This document shows positions 20,252 to 30,266 of a stretch of 64,000 nt of DNA, in pieces. The position numbers and the translations under genes were made by a program. The notes below the pieces were generated by a model. That model saw only the letters and a program-made list of their open reading frames with translations. It made no database searches and was not told where the DNA came from. Numbering within the stretch: the first letter of the stretch is position 1; every line of letters starts with the position of its first letter. Origin of the DNA: Candidatus Poribacteria bacterium (lineage in GTDB: Bacteria; Poribacteria; WGA-4E; WGA-3G); assembly GCA_965205015.1 (NCBI GenBank), contig OZ242029.1, positions 800,001 to 864,000 on the forward strand, given 5' to 3'.

Positions 20252-20535
20252 TTTTTTCTCCTTATTAGCGTAGGACTTGCATTTGAATTCGGAAGTGGCA
20301 ATTTTACTGAAATTTTACATCCGTTGATTTAAGTGACGCATCTTAGATGTCAAAAGGTTGCATTATTTTCAAAAAGGGTGTTGAAACCATGAAACCAAAT
20401 GAACGCAATTTGAAAAAATGGAGAGATAGAAGATGCATTCTCCGACCCCCCTCAACCCTATGACGCGTTTTAAACGTTGCCGACAATTCGGCTATCATCG
20501 ACATCAAATATCGGAGCGGAAAAATTTCAGAAACG

Positions 20536-20811
20536 CTACCGTTCATTTTTCCGTGAGGTGATATATGCCCCTTTTATAATTAATGATACAAGCTCGCGCC
20601 GAAAGGGGTGCATAAAGCGAAAAAAATCTGGATTTTTATCGAAGAGATAGCAAAATTGTTTGAAATTGAAAAGAACCCTCACGTCTCGGGTGCCGGTGTT
20701 GTGGTGGATACTATTGTTCTGATTCTTCGGATTCTGGTTCTGGATGTGTGAGTATCCATTCGTGGAAAGTTGCTCAGTCTTGAAAAAACGAGCGCATGAG
20801 CGCGAATTCAC
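20536..20811 (-). CDS. Hypothetical small protein
   Basis: GTG start with SD AGGAGG downstream of promoter motif B; no recognisable domain. Confidence 0.35.
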   Translation of the reverse strand: MNSRSCARFFKTEQLSTNGYSHIQNQNPKNQNNSIHHNTGTRDVRVLFNFKQFCYLFDKNPDFFRFMHPFRRELVSLIIKGAYITSRKNER

Positions 20812-20886
20812 CTGCAGTTCTCCTCCTTTTGCCTATATAGAGTTCGTTGAGGGAAAAAAGATAGTAAAAAATTTGTCAGGTGTCGT

Positions 20887-20915
20887 TACTACAAACGAGT
20901 TCCAAAACAGTTGCA
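20887..20915 (-). promoter_or_regulatory. Putative ECF promoter, motif B
   Basis: TGCAAC-N16-TGTAGTA; other copies at 37203, 39474, 49233. Confidence 0.7.
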
Positions 20916-21013
20916 TTTTTTATCAAAACCTCCGAGTCTAAAACCGCCTTGCTTCAGCTGGGGTTACGAACGCACAGATGGTTCTTTTACTGTTCACGCT
21001 CTCTATTATTAAA

Positions 21014-21040
21014 GACGAGAACTCAATCAGAAAACGTGCA
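21014..21040 (-). promoter_or_regulatory. Putative ECF promoter, motif A
   Basis: TGCAC-N18-CGTC; 21001-21084 is homologous to ~19439-19523. Confidence 0.6.
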
Positions 21041-21197
21041 TCAGGAGAAAAATTAAAAAACTGAATTTTTTAGTAGGTGTTTTGGGAGGACAATTCCAGA
21101 TGTGCGATAAACACTCGATTGCGTAAATTTCGGAAGGATAAACTGTAGGGTTATTGCTGAAAGGCGTTTTAGGAAGATGCTCCCAAACTTTCGAGGT

Positions 21198-23270
21198 CTA
21201 AAATGCGCGGATCACCTTAGCAACGAAACGCTGTTTGAACTCCGAGGCGTTTGGATCACCCAGAATAACAAAAAAGTCAGTACCGGCATAACCTGAACGG
21301 CGCAGGGCAAAGTAGATATTAATTCCCTCGACTTGCCAGATGAGGCGACTCCCGAGGCTTAAAGCGGGACTGAAATCGTATGTGAGAGTTAGAATCTGTT
21401 GGTAACGTCTCTCAAAATGCCACTGGATTTGTGAGGAGAGTCCTGCGGTGAAACCGTAGGCGCGGAGATTCAGATTTCCACTGATGCGATGAATTGTCTC
21501 GCCTGCCTGTTCACCCCAATTGTAGGTAATCCCAACATTATTGAACCTGTCAGAAGCACGCGCGCGTAATCCAACGCTGAAAACACTGTCGCTGAATTCT
21601 TCAAATTGCCCGCCCCTCCAGCCAGCAGCAAGGGCATAGTCACTATGCGATCGGATAAGTGAAGATATGGACAAACCACGCCGAAAGACTTCACCTTCGT
21701 AAGTATTAGAGACCTCGCTTTGGATAGAAGCGGATGCGCTGCGGAAGAATCCTTCACGCCACTCGTTACGGAAATAACTCCCTAAACTTAGACCGCGATA
21801 CCCCGTAAACGGATGGTACCCAAGTCTATTGACGAAATCCGAATCGACAAAAAATACGGAAAAGTACGGTTGAACGACTCGGCCTTGATAGATTAAATTG
21901 GCATATCCATCCCTTCCAGTTGACTCGCCTGCCCAACTTTGGGTGATGACAGATCTGGCTAAAAACTTGCCACGTCTGACATCGCCTGATAAGTAACCAA
22001 CATTGTTCGCTTCGGTGTCACGGTGGTGATGCGAAAGGAGTGCCGCGCTGATATTCGATGTTGCCGTGAGTGATTGAGAGGCTTGAAGAATAACGTTCTG
22101 GTTGTTCCGGTGATAGGTACCTAAGGTGCCGACTGAGGTGTTTTTCCCGATTTTCCCAAAGAGTTTAAGCCCGCCATCCATATCCACTATCCGTCGTGAA
22201 TGGAACAGGCGACCGAGGCGATAAACATTACCGCCTTCCGAGAAGAAAGGTCTCCGATCGGGCACATAGCGTTCACCGTAGGAGAAGTCGATACCTTCGA
22301 CTGCCTGCTCAATGTTCTCGAAATCAGGGTTTGCTGTGCCGATGAGTCGCAGTTGCGGTGTAACCTCATAGCGGAGATCTGCTCCCGCGCGAGCCGTATA
22401 TTCTCTTTCCGTCTCGGAGGTTGCCCCTACAGTAGTTTCTGCTTCGCTGATGCCACCAATCAGATAGGGTAACACCTTAAGTTCACGTTTGCGAGGCGGG
22501 GGCAGCACATCAATCCAGTGTCCATCGTTTTCCCGAAATTCTTGAACGCCTAAGTTGCACCACCAAGAACGTTCTCCAGTGCGTTGTTGTAGCCTGTCAA
22601 TGTTAATGCCCATCCGAACGGGTTCGGTTGTATCGGGATAATCGAGCATCTGCCACGGGATTTCCATTTCCACAATCCATCCGTCTTCCACAATCTGTGC
22701 AGCGGTTTTCCATAGCCCAATCCACTCACTTTTCTCGGCGCGTCCCGTAGCGAGATGTGCGTATTTGGTGCCGAGTGGATTTACAATGAAGAAATTTCTG
22801 TCTGAAAACTGATGCGTATGAAACGGATCAAGACTGAAGGAGACCCAGTCCTCGCCGCGGATCCGCGTTTGGTCTTTGGTTTGGCGTGCCACAATTTTGT
22901 CGGGCATATCATCGTAGAGATGAAGTCCAACATAAATGGCTGTGTCGGTATAAACGAGGCGACCGATGGATTGGTCCTTTGCGGGTTTTTCAGTCCGTTC
23001 GTCGGTGAAACCGATGGCTTGCGGTGCCTCTTGCCAGCAGGCATCGTCGAGAACACCATCAAGAGTGGGTGGCTGATCTGTTTTGACAGCAGGGAGTTCT
23101 TTCTGAACGGTCTGTATGTTTGCAGCTGCCGAAGTCTGTAAACTTGTGATTAAGGTAAAGGATAGCGCGATGAGCAATACCATCGCGTAATTTTTCCGTT
23201 CTACCTGTTTGTTTGTGCCATACCCGTGCGCTGCACGAGTCTTTGCCGTTGTAAACTTCGGCGTTTGCAT
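21198..23270 (-). CDS. CBM9-like/DUF5916 outer-membrane beta-barrel protein
   Basis: Signal-like segment, PTLDGVLDDACW, NPDF..E, RRPFF.EG, C-terminal Phe (KVIRAF). Confidence 0.8.
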   Translation of the reverse strand: MQTPKFTTAKTRAAHGYGTNKQVERKNYAMVLLIALSFTLITSLQTSAAANIQTVQKELPAVKTDQPPTLDGVLDDACWQEAPQAIGFTDERTEKPAKDQSIGRLVYTDTAIYVGLHLYDDMPDKIVARQTKDQTRIRGEDWVSFSLDPFHTHQFSDRNFFIVNPLGTKYAHLATGRAEKSEWIGLWKTAAQIVEDGWIVEMEIPWQMLDYPDTTEPVRMGINIDRLQQRTGERSWWCNLGVQEFRENDGHWIDVLPPPRKRELKVLPYLIGGISEAETTVGATSETEREYTARAGADLRYEVTPQLRLIGTANPDFENIEQAVEGIDFSYGERYVPDRRPFFSEGGNVYRLGRLFHSRRIVDMDGGLKLFGKIGKNTSVGTLGTYHRNNQNVILQASQSLTATSNISAALLSHHHRDTEANNVGYLSGDVRRGKFLARSVITQSWAGESTGRDGYANLIYQGRVVQPYFSVFFVDSDFVNRLGYHPFTGYRGLSLGSYFRNEWREGFFRSASASIQSEVSNTYEGEVFRRGLSISSLIRSHSDYALAAGWRGGQFEEFSDSVFSVGLRARASDRFNNVGITYNWGEQAGETIHRISGNLNLRAYGFTAGLSSQIQWHFERRYQQILTLTYDFSPALSLGSRLIWQVEGINIYFALRRSGYAGTDFFVILGDPNASEFKQRFVAKVIRAF

Positions 23271-23454
23271 TAATCAACTTCCCCCGATTCAGAATATCTT
23301 TAGAACTATCTTCACAATTTGACGAGGATTAAGAACCAAATTCTTAATCCTCATCAAAGCATTTTTAGGTTAAATCTCTACACTAATTATATATTCAAAC
23401 TAACATCTAACTTGCAGCATGAAATTCCGATCAAATTTACCCTTCGTGATCCTT

Positions 23455-25665
23455 TCATGGCGATTCTGACAAATGCTCATCAAACCAAGAAAGCATCCGT
23501 TGCCAATAATCAGCCACATTCGGATAACGCCATGATGTGACTTGCGAATGTCCCTCACCTTCATAACGCGCTAAAACGGCCTTTTTTCCCAGTCTACGCA
23601 AGCCAGAGAACATTTCTCCTGCCTGTGGGACAGCAGGGACACCATCCAAGGCACCAACAACTAACAACAGCGGCGTCTCCACCTTGTCCAGAAAAAAGAT
23701 AGGGGAGTTTTCGATGTATCGGTCCTGGAACTCCCAGAGCGACCCACCCATTTTGCCCTGTCCTTTTTCTGCCCAATCGATCCACTGGCTATCTCCCTCT
23801 TCCGTCAAATGCCCATAGAAACTAATGAGATTCCCCACCGGCGCACTACTGACAGCTGCACTAAACCTTGATGTTTGTGTAATCAGAGCGTTGACGCAGT
23901 AACCTCCGTAACTGTGCCCCATTATTCCTAAACGGTTGGGATCGGCAATTCCCATATCAATTAGCGTATCTATACCAGAGAGCACCATCTCCGTCAACTC
24001 TCGGACCGGCGCGTTGGTTTCCATTGGGGTATCGGGAAGAAAGACGACGTAATCTTGCTTCGTCAGCAGAAAATTGCCCCCATAGCGATCTGTGCCGAAA
24101 TCGTTAAATTGATACGAGAGCAAAGAACCCCCGTAGACCTCCGTAATTAATGGATAGTGTTTGCCCTCTACATAGTCTGGTGGGAGCAGCAAGGCACCTC
24201 TAAGGTCTTTTCCAGAAGGTGTCTGCCAAGTGACGAGTTGAGAAGTCCCAAGTCGTTCTGTTTCAATATCTGGGTTCAGTCGAGTGAGTTGCTGTGGATT
24301 TTGAAAGTCGGTGTCCGCTACCCACACATCGGGCGCGTGATTTACGTCCTCAATGCTGTAGAAAATATCCCCCGTTTGAGGTGCAACATCCATGTTTCTA
24401 CCCATAGGATTATAATTACGCTTTTCCTGAACCAACCGTGTGATCTCGCGCGTTTTCAGATTGACGCGATGAAAACCGTGCTGTTCACTGTTTGAATGGA
24501 CGGTATGCATGTATATTGACTCGGTGCAGTCTGGCGACCAAACAGTGTCTGCTTCCGCTTGCCGAACAATTCGAACAACACGTCCATCAAATCCGTCTGT
24601 CAATTTTTCAATAGCGCGATCAGCGATCGTAATTCGCCAGAGATCCCCCCGGGCAACACAGAATAGGTGTTTACTATCAGAACTCCACAAAGGCGGATGC
24701 GAACTATTTGTTAGTTCAATATCGGTGTCTTGGGTGAGATTTAGTTGGCTACCGTCAACTGTCGAAATGAGGAAAAGCTCATCTTTTGCAGCCTTATTCT
24801 CTGTCGGAAACGCAACGTAGCGACCATCTGGCGACCAAGTAAACAAACGTCCCCATCCAGATTTCAGCGAGTCAGCAAGTAATTTCGGAGGTCCTCCATT
24901 TAGCGACGAAAGATAGAGTTCGTACAGTAGTTGAGCGTTACTTTCTAACCCTTGAAAACTCGTAAACGCCGCGGTCGCTCCATCAGGGGCAACACGGATA
25001 CCAGATGGATAGAGTCCCTGCGCTAACGTTTCGACTTCTCCTGTATCAACCCTTATCATCCCAAGGTCTGCGCGATATCGCGCGTCAAACCACGAAGTCC
25101 GCCGCGGTCGGAATTCATTTTCCGGTTGTCCAGCAATAGGACTCGCAAAGAGTGTTACCGATGCCTTTTCCTTGTCTGGAGGTGCTTCTTCATCTGTCTC
25201 CGCTTCTGAATGCAACCTAACGATAATACGTGTTCCATCAGGTGTCCAGAGCGGTGGCTGCGCCCTTGACAAAAACGGCTGAATCCTGACATCACTCGCG
25301 AGTCGTGGGACATCTTCGCCGACCTCCCATATCCACAATTGGGCTGTTTTATGCTTATCCGAATAAAAAGCCAATCTTTTTCCATCCGGAGACCAGGCAG
25401 GTCTATAACTTGTGCCCCAATTCGGCGTGAGATTTCGCGATTCGCCACTCTGAACATCGATGAGCCAAATTTCACTTCCTTCTTGCAAGCCAGCGATACC
25501 CGTTGGAAGATATGTTTTATCTCCGGCTCCTACGCGTTTTCTGAAATAACTTTGAACAGCAACAGCAAGTTGTGTTCCATCTGGTGAAACAGCAATTGGA
25601 TCAAATAGCGTGAGGAGTTCTATCGAGAGAATGTCCTCAATACCGCTAAAAAGGTCAGTGTGCAT
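23455..25665 (-). CDS. S9-family prolyl oligopeptidase / acylaminoacyl peptidase
   Basis: WSPDG propeller repeats, GHSYGG nucleophile, GALD, YEGEGH; ATG 25665 with SD AGGAGG. Confidence 0.92.
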   Translation of the reverse strand: MHTDLFSGIEDILSIELLTLFDPIAVSPDGTQLAVAVQSYFRKRVGAGDKTYLPTGIAGLQEGSEIWLIDVQSGESRNLTPNWGTSYRPAWSPDGKRLAFYSDKHKTAQLWIWEVGEDVPRLASDVRIQPFLSRAQPPLWTPDGTRIIVRLHSEAETDEEAPPDKEKASVTLFASPIAGQPENEFRPRRTSWFDARYRADLGMIRVDTGEVETLAQGLYPSGIRVAPDGATAAFTSFQGLESNAQLLYELYLSSLNGGPPKLLADSLKSGWGRLFTWSPDGRYVAFPTENKAAKDELFLISTVDGSQLNLTQDTDIELTNSSHPPLWSSDSKHLFCVARGDLWRITIADRAIEKLTDGFDGRVVRIVRQAEADTVWSPDCTESIYMHTVHSNSEQHGFHRVNLKTREITRLVQEKRNYNPMGRNMDVAPQTGDIFYSIEDVNHAPDVWVADTDFQNPQQLTRLNPDIETERLGTSQLVTWQTPSGKDLRGALLLPPDYVEGKHYPLITEVYGGSLLSYQFNDFGTDRYGGNFLLTKQDYVVFLPDTPMETNAPVRELTEMVLSGIDTLIDMGIADPNRLGIMGHSYGGYCVNALITQTSRFSAAVSSAPVGNLISFYGHLTEEGDSQWIDWAEKGQGKMGGSLWEFQDRYIENSPIFFLDKVETPLLLVVGALDGVPAVPQAGEMFSGLRRLGKKAVLARYEGEGHSQVTSWRYPNVADYWQRMLSWFDEHLSESP

Positions 25666-25675
25666 TATTTTCCTC

Positions 25676-26935
25676 CTATCTTGGGTCATCACACGCTTGA
25701 CTTTGTTTGCTGCCATCACCGATGCGGTTAGAACGAAATCCCGAGATGCTTCTTTCAACACTTCGGCGCAGCATCTCATCGCTGAGATGGAACGCCTCGC
25801 GTATTGTTATTGACAGTTTCTGCTGCTGCTCTATCGAATCGAGCAATTGCTGGTTTTGCACGACAACGACAGAATCAGCATTCTCTTGAATTTCCTGTAG
25901 CGAACGTTTCGCTTGTTCGGCGCGACGTTGACCCTCAAAGTTGAATGGACAGGTCACAACCCCTACAGCCAAAGCACCTTGCTCTCGGGCGAGAGAGGCG
26001 ATCAGAGGCGAAGCACCCGCTCCTGTTCCGCCCCCCATACCGGCGATAACGAAGACAATATCCGCGTCCGCAACGATGGCGTTGAGCGTTTCCCTGTCCT
26101 CCTCAGCCGCTTTTCTACCTATCTCTGGGTTCGCGCCACATCCAAGTCCTTGGGTAGTCTTAGCACCGATCTGCACCGGTGTTGCTTCAGGGTGCTTGTC
26201 AAGTGCTTGCTGGTCTGTATTCACGGCATAAAATTCAATGTCTGTCAAACCGTCTTCAATCATTCGTTTAACGGCGTTCCCGCCCGCGCTACCGACTCCA
26301 ATAACCTTGATTATAGTTTCGGTGCGTTTGGATTCTTCTCGTTTGGATGACATAGTTCTCCCTCTTTCAGGTTCGACACCGAACTCCCTGCGTAAGAGTT
26401 CACGTGTCTGTCTTAATTTGGTCTTGATTGTGCCTATCGCCAATCCGAGTTCAGTGTGGATCTCCTTGACGCTCCACAATTCCAGATAGTATAGGACCGC
26501 AACGCGGCGCACTTTATCTGGAAGGTGATGCACTGCTTCCCTTATAGCGTCGTAGTGTTCCGTTTCCCTGAAGCGTGCGACTGCATCTTGGTCGATACGA
26601 TCCGTCAGATCCGCATAACTATAAGGAATGTCGTTTCCGGAACGATCGGCAGCAGCATAGTACCGCTTGCAAGCGTTGTAAGCAATGCGATGCAGCCACC
26701 CCCCAAAACTCTCAACGCTCCGCAGTCCACTGATATTTTCCCAGACGGCTCTCCAGACATCCATGAGAATTTCTTCGGCATCGCGGGGTTGTCTCGAATG
26801 TGCGATAATCACTTTCCAGATGCGTCGACTATAACGCGACATCAGTTCTGCAAACGCTAATTCATCACCGGCTTGTGTAAGCCCAATGAGTTCTTCATCT
26901 GTTAGAATGGCGTGCGTTGATAGATCGTATCGCAT
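25676..26935 (-). CDS. ECF sigma-70 factor fused to truncated FtsZ GTPase domain
   Basis: aa 1-185 sigma regions 2/4; aa 195-419 IKVIGVGSAGGNAV, AVNTD, GLGCGANPEIG, AGMGGGTGAG, PFNFEG; no T7 loop or C-terminal domain. Confidence 0.9.
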   Translation of the reverse strand: MRYDLSTHAILTDEELIGLTQAGDELAFAELMSRYSRRIWKVIIAHSRQPRDAEEILMDVWRAVWENISGLRSVESFGGWLHRIAYNACKRYYAAADRSGNDIPYSYADLTDRIDQDAVARFRETEHYDAIREAVHHLPDKVRRVAVLYYLELWSVKEIHTELGLAIGTIKTKLRQTRELLRREFGVEPERGRTMSSKREESKRTETIIKVIGVGSAGGNAVKRMIEDGLTDIEFYAVNTDQQALDKHPEATPVQIGAKTTQGLGCGANPEIGRKAAEEDRETLNAIVADADIVFVIAGMGGGTGAGASPLIASLAREQGALAVGVVTCPFNFEGQRRAEQAKRSLQEIQENADSVVVVQNQQLLDSIEQQQKLSITIREAFHLSDEMLRRSVERSISGFRSNRIGDGSKQSQACDDPR

Positions 26936-27037
26936 AAACAGTTCCCAATTGATTTTAACCTAAAGAGTGGACTTTTTCGGAAGGTGGTTTAAAAAAAGAA
27001 AAATCGCTGTACTTTTCGCTACGCCTCTCACAGGGAC

Positions 27038-28489
27038 CTATACCTCCGAACGCAGGAAGACGAGGAAGGCTCCTGAAAGCGACACACCGAGCAGTAAAAT
27101 GAGTAACAGAATATCGACTATAGCGGGATTGAGCGTCTCCTGAAAAGACAACTTATCCTCAAACATTGGGATAGTCTCTGGTAAGACGGACCTTTCCGAC
27201 ATGCCTTTCCGGACACCCACGAAATGAAGGCTCTCTGGATCCGCCCGATCCATTTCAACGATGAAATTTCGGAAGTGTCGGATATGAAGGCGGCAGTGTT
27301 CTAAGAATTGCAAATGCCGATTAAAGCCTGTGCCTGCCATGGATTCAAGGGCATATTGGACAACCGCTGCAGGAGAGCATCGGGTTATCTGTCTTGCATG
27401 CAGGACTTGCGCACTTTGCGCAGCGAGATGCTGGCGACTCAGCCGCTCCCGAATCTCCATGTCTTTGTTAACGAACGCCTGTTGGATCTCCAATTCTGAA
27501 GTGTCTACCCCCGCAACTTCCTCCTGAGAGGTTTCTGCGGATTGACGGCGTTCTCTTAAAGTCTCCCTTTTATCCAGGAAATCGCTCCGAATTTGGTCGA
27601 AGGCGGTCCCCTTTGTCCTCTGAAATTGATGGTGCGTTTGAATCGGAGGCATCCATCTTGTGGAGAGTGTGCCGAGGGTTGACGGCATAAACACCACGAC
27701 AGTCACCCAGATGAGCAACAGGACAACCAGACTTAACCGACTTTCCCGAGTCATCGCCGAGATAATAAGCCCAATTGCGACGAAGATACCAGCATAGCAA
27801 GAAGCAATCAGCACGATCAGTCCTAAACGCCCCCAGTCTGCGCCGCTGAGCTGCGTCCAACTCTCGGTAGAAATGATGGCGAGATTGAATAACACGGCAC
27901 AATAGAAGGCAATGAGGACCGTGATGAGGGAGCCAAGGAACTTACCCATTAATAGAGTCGGGCGCGAAATCGAATTGGCAAGACACAGCCGCAGCGTCCC
28001 GCGTTCTCGTTCTCCGGAGAGCGCGTCAAAGGTAAACAGGAGCGGCATGAAAGAGAGCAGATAGGTCACAATAAAGACCCAATCGATCCCCGTGGCAGTG
28101 GGACGAAGATTGCTAATCGCCTCCATATTCAGACGTGGAACGCCCATCGACCAAATATAGGCAAGCCCGTATAACCGCCAGAAACCACCACTCACGCTTT
28201 CGTCCGGTAGTAAGGCGTCCCCGCCATCGGCGATGAAGGCGAGCGATGCGGGGCGTTTGTAAAGCTTACCGGGTCCCTTGTGTAGCAGTTCATACAACTG
28301 CGTTCGGGATTTCAATTCGGTCTGAGATGCGTTAACCTTCTCGGAATACTTTCGAACCCGTTCCGGATGGGTTCGAAGATGCACAACGGCATTGGTTACC
28401 ATTAATGCTACGAGGATGAACGTGGTTAAGGCAAAGCGGAGACTCGTGAGGTGGTCTAAAAGTTCGCGTCTGACAACATGCCAAATCAT
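27038..28489 (-). CDS. ABC-2 type permease (type B)
   Basis: WHVVRREL, FTFDALSGERERGTLRL; paralog of 14530-15936. Confidence 0.88.
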   Translation of the reverse strand: MIWHVVRRELLDHLTSLRFALTTFILVALMVTNAVVHLRTHPERVRKYSEKVNASQTELKSRTQLYELLHKGPGKLYKRPASLAFIADGGDALLPDESVSGGFWRLYGLAYIWSMGVPRLNMEAISNLRPTATGIDWVFIVTYLLSFMPLLFTFDALSGERERGTLRLCLANSISRPTLLMGKFLGSLITVLIAFYCAVLFNLAIISTESWTQLSGADWGRLGLIVLIASCYAGIFVAIGLIISAMTRESRLSLVVLLLIWVTVVVFMPSTLGTLSTRWMPPIQTHHQFQRTKGTAFDQIRSDFLDKRETLRERRQSAETSQEEVAGVDTSELEIQQAFVNKDMEIRERLSRQHLAAQSAQVLHARQITRCSPAAVVQYALESMAGTGFNRHLQFLEHCRLHIRHFRNFIVEMDRADPESLHFVGVRKGMSERSVLPETIPMFEDKLSFQETLNPAIVDILLLILLLGVSLSGAFLVFLRSEV

Positions 28490-28638
28490 TTATTAGTTCT
28501 CGATTATCAGTTTTCAGTTAAGAAGCCATCGGTTAGTTTCATATCATTTCTAAAAATAAGTATTGCATACGCGATTTTTCTGAAGGGATACACAGCGGAT
28601 TTTAACTTAAGCAAAACACCTATTAACTGACAACTATT

Positions 28639-30201
28639 CTACACTTCAACTTTGATAAAAATCAAAAATGTCGCCATGAACAGGACGATATTGGTGCATA
28701 ACAGCAAAAACAGTTCAGGTAGGGCGCGATGCGCGTTGATGCCGATTTCTGCTCGCTCGAAGTGAAAACGAGGGAGGACCGACCAGTCTATATCCGCTTG
28801 ATTTGGAGCAAACCACTGCAGGCTCGCGAACGCATCTCTCTCATGAAAGGTCCCAATGAGGGTGCGGCGGTACGCCTGCGCGGTTTGAATATAATCCACC
28901 ATGCTGTTTAAATCGGTGCCTGCCCATGCGGCGGTAGCAAACGTATAAAGGCTTGCCGGACTGAACTTCATGAGACGCTCATCCCATTGTGCTTGATGGA
29001 GGGTGGTCTGTGCTACCAACTGCTGGCCGACGAAACCGACTTCGTCGGCATTCCGGATGTGCAGGGAGGCGGCGAATGCATAATAACGGCGTAAGTGTGG
29101 CACTAAAGGGTGCGCTGTATCTTTCAGTTCAAGGTTAACCCGAGGGAAGTCCCCAAGGAAGAAATATCCTGCTCCACTAAAGAGACCTGAAAACGCTTCA
29201 GAATCTGAAAATATCGGAGACTCCCCCTTAAGCGGACTATTGGCTAAGAACCGGTGTCGTTCTCTATCCGCCGCTTCCCGAATCTGCGCTATCTGCTGCT
29301 CGGTGGATCTTTTTTTTCCACGCATGTCCGCGTCTGGATTCAAGGCAAAGCGGCTCCAATTTGGATAGACGAGCACTAAAATCACCCATAAGAACATACA
29401 GAGCATCAAGGAGGTAGCGGCACGACGGGCTATCGCGGAAACGAGCAGACCGATCAGATAGAAAACCGACAGATAGACGATTGTCATTAAAACAATGCCG
29501 CCAATTCGTAGAAAATCACTTCCACTGAATTGCAAGGAACGCGCGAAGGAACACTGAATCAGGGCAAGCAATAGACTCATCAACACGGGGAGTAGCAGGC
29601 AAACCATCGCCGCAATATATTTAGCAAACAGCACATTTCCTCGCCCGACGGGATGTGAGAGCACCAAACGCAAGGTCCCTGTCTCCCAATCTCCCGCAAT
29701 CGCGTCATAAGCGAAAAGCAGAGCGATCAGACTCAACACAACCTGAAAGATAAAGACCAGGTCTATCTGTGAAAAGAGATACAGATAGGGGTTATTTATC
29801 CCGAGCGGTGCCCCTGGACTTGAGAGGGACGGGACGCTGCCAGACACCCACTGTTCTTCCTCGGGTCTGACATCAACGATGGGATTTGAGAGGGCTGGCA
29901 CACTGTCAAACGCTATATCAAGCTCACTGCCAAAACGCGTTTCCAAGCCCGCGCTAAAGAGGCTCAGGGGGTTCGGAGGACGCTGAACCTTTAACTTTAA
30001 GACCGAATAGGTGGGGGTTGCCTCGACCTTCTCGCGATTTACCGCTTCTTTCTGACTATAGTCGGCGAGACGCTCTTCATGTGCACCGATTAAGACGAAC
30101 GTATTGGCAACGACAAGTAAGAGTGTAATGACCACCGCAGCAAAAAAACGCGCACTCATCAGATGAATCAAGAGTTCCTGGCGTATCAGGGTCCGTAACA
30201 T
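28639..30201 (-). CDS. ABC-2 type permease (type A)
   Basis: MLRTLIRQEL, RPPNPLSLF, FAYDAIAGDWETGTLRL; paralog of 16066-17577. Confidence 0.88.
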   Translation of the reverse strand: MLRTLIRQELLIHLMSARFFAAVVITLLLVVANTFVLIGAHEERLADYSQKEAVNREKVEATPTYSVLKLKVQRPPNPLSLFSAGLETRFGSELDIAFDSVPALSNPIVDVRPEEEQWVSGSVPSLSSPGAPLGINNPYLYLFSQIDLVFIFQVVLSLIALLFAYDAIAGDWETGTLRLVLSHPVGRGNVLFAKYIAAMVCLLLPVLMSLLLALIQCSFARSLQFSGSDFLRIGGIVLMTIVYLSVFYLIGLLVSAIARRAATSLMLCMFLWVILVLVYPNWSRFALNPDADMRGKKRSTEQQIAQIREAADRERHRFLANSPLKGESPIFSDSEAFSGLFSGAGYFFLGDFPRVNLELKDTAHPLVPHLRRYYAFAASLHIRNADEVGFVGQQLVAQTTLHQAQWDERLMKFSPASLYTFATAAWAGTDLNSMVDYIQTAQAYRRTLIGTFHERDAFASLQWFAPNQADIDWSVLPRFHFERAEIGINAHRALPELFLLLCTNIVLFMATFLIFIKVEV

Positions 30202-30266
30202 CGTTTTCCGTTGCCTCAATTCCACGGGTTCTACTACCGAATTAGATATTTTCCAGGGATAGGTGA

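Noticed and set aside
20343-20546. 67-aa ORF
   Set aside because: Weak SD, no recognisable features, AT-rich intergenic context
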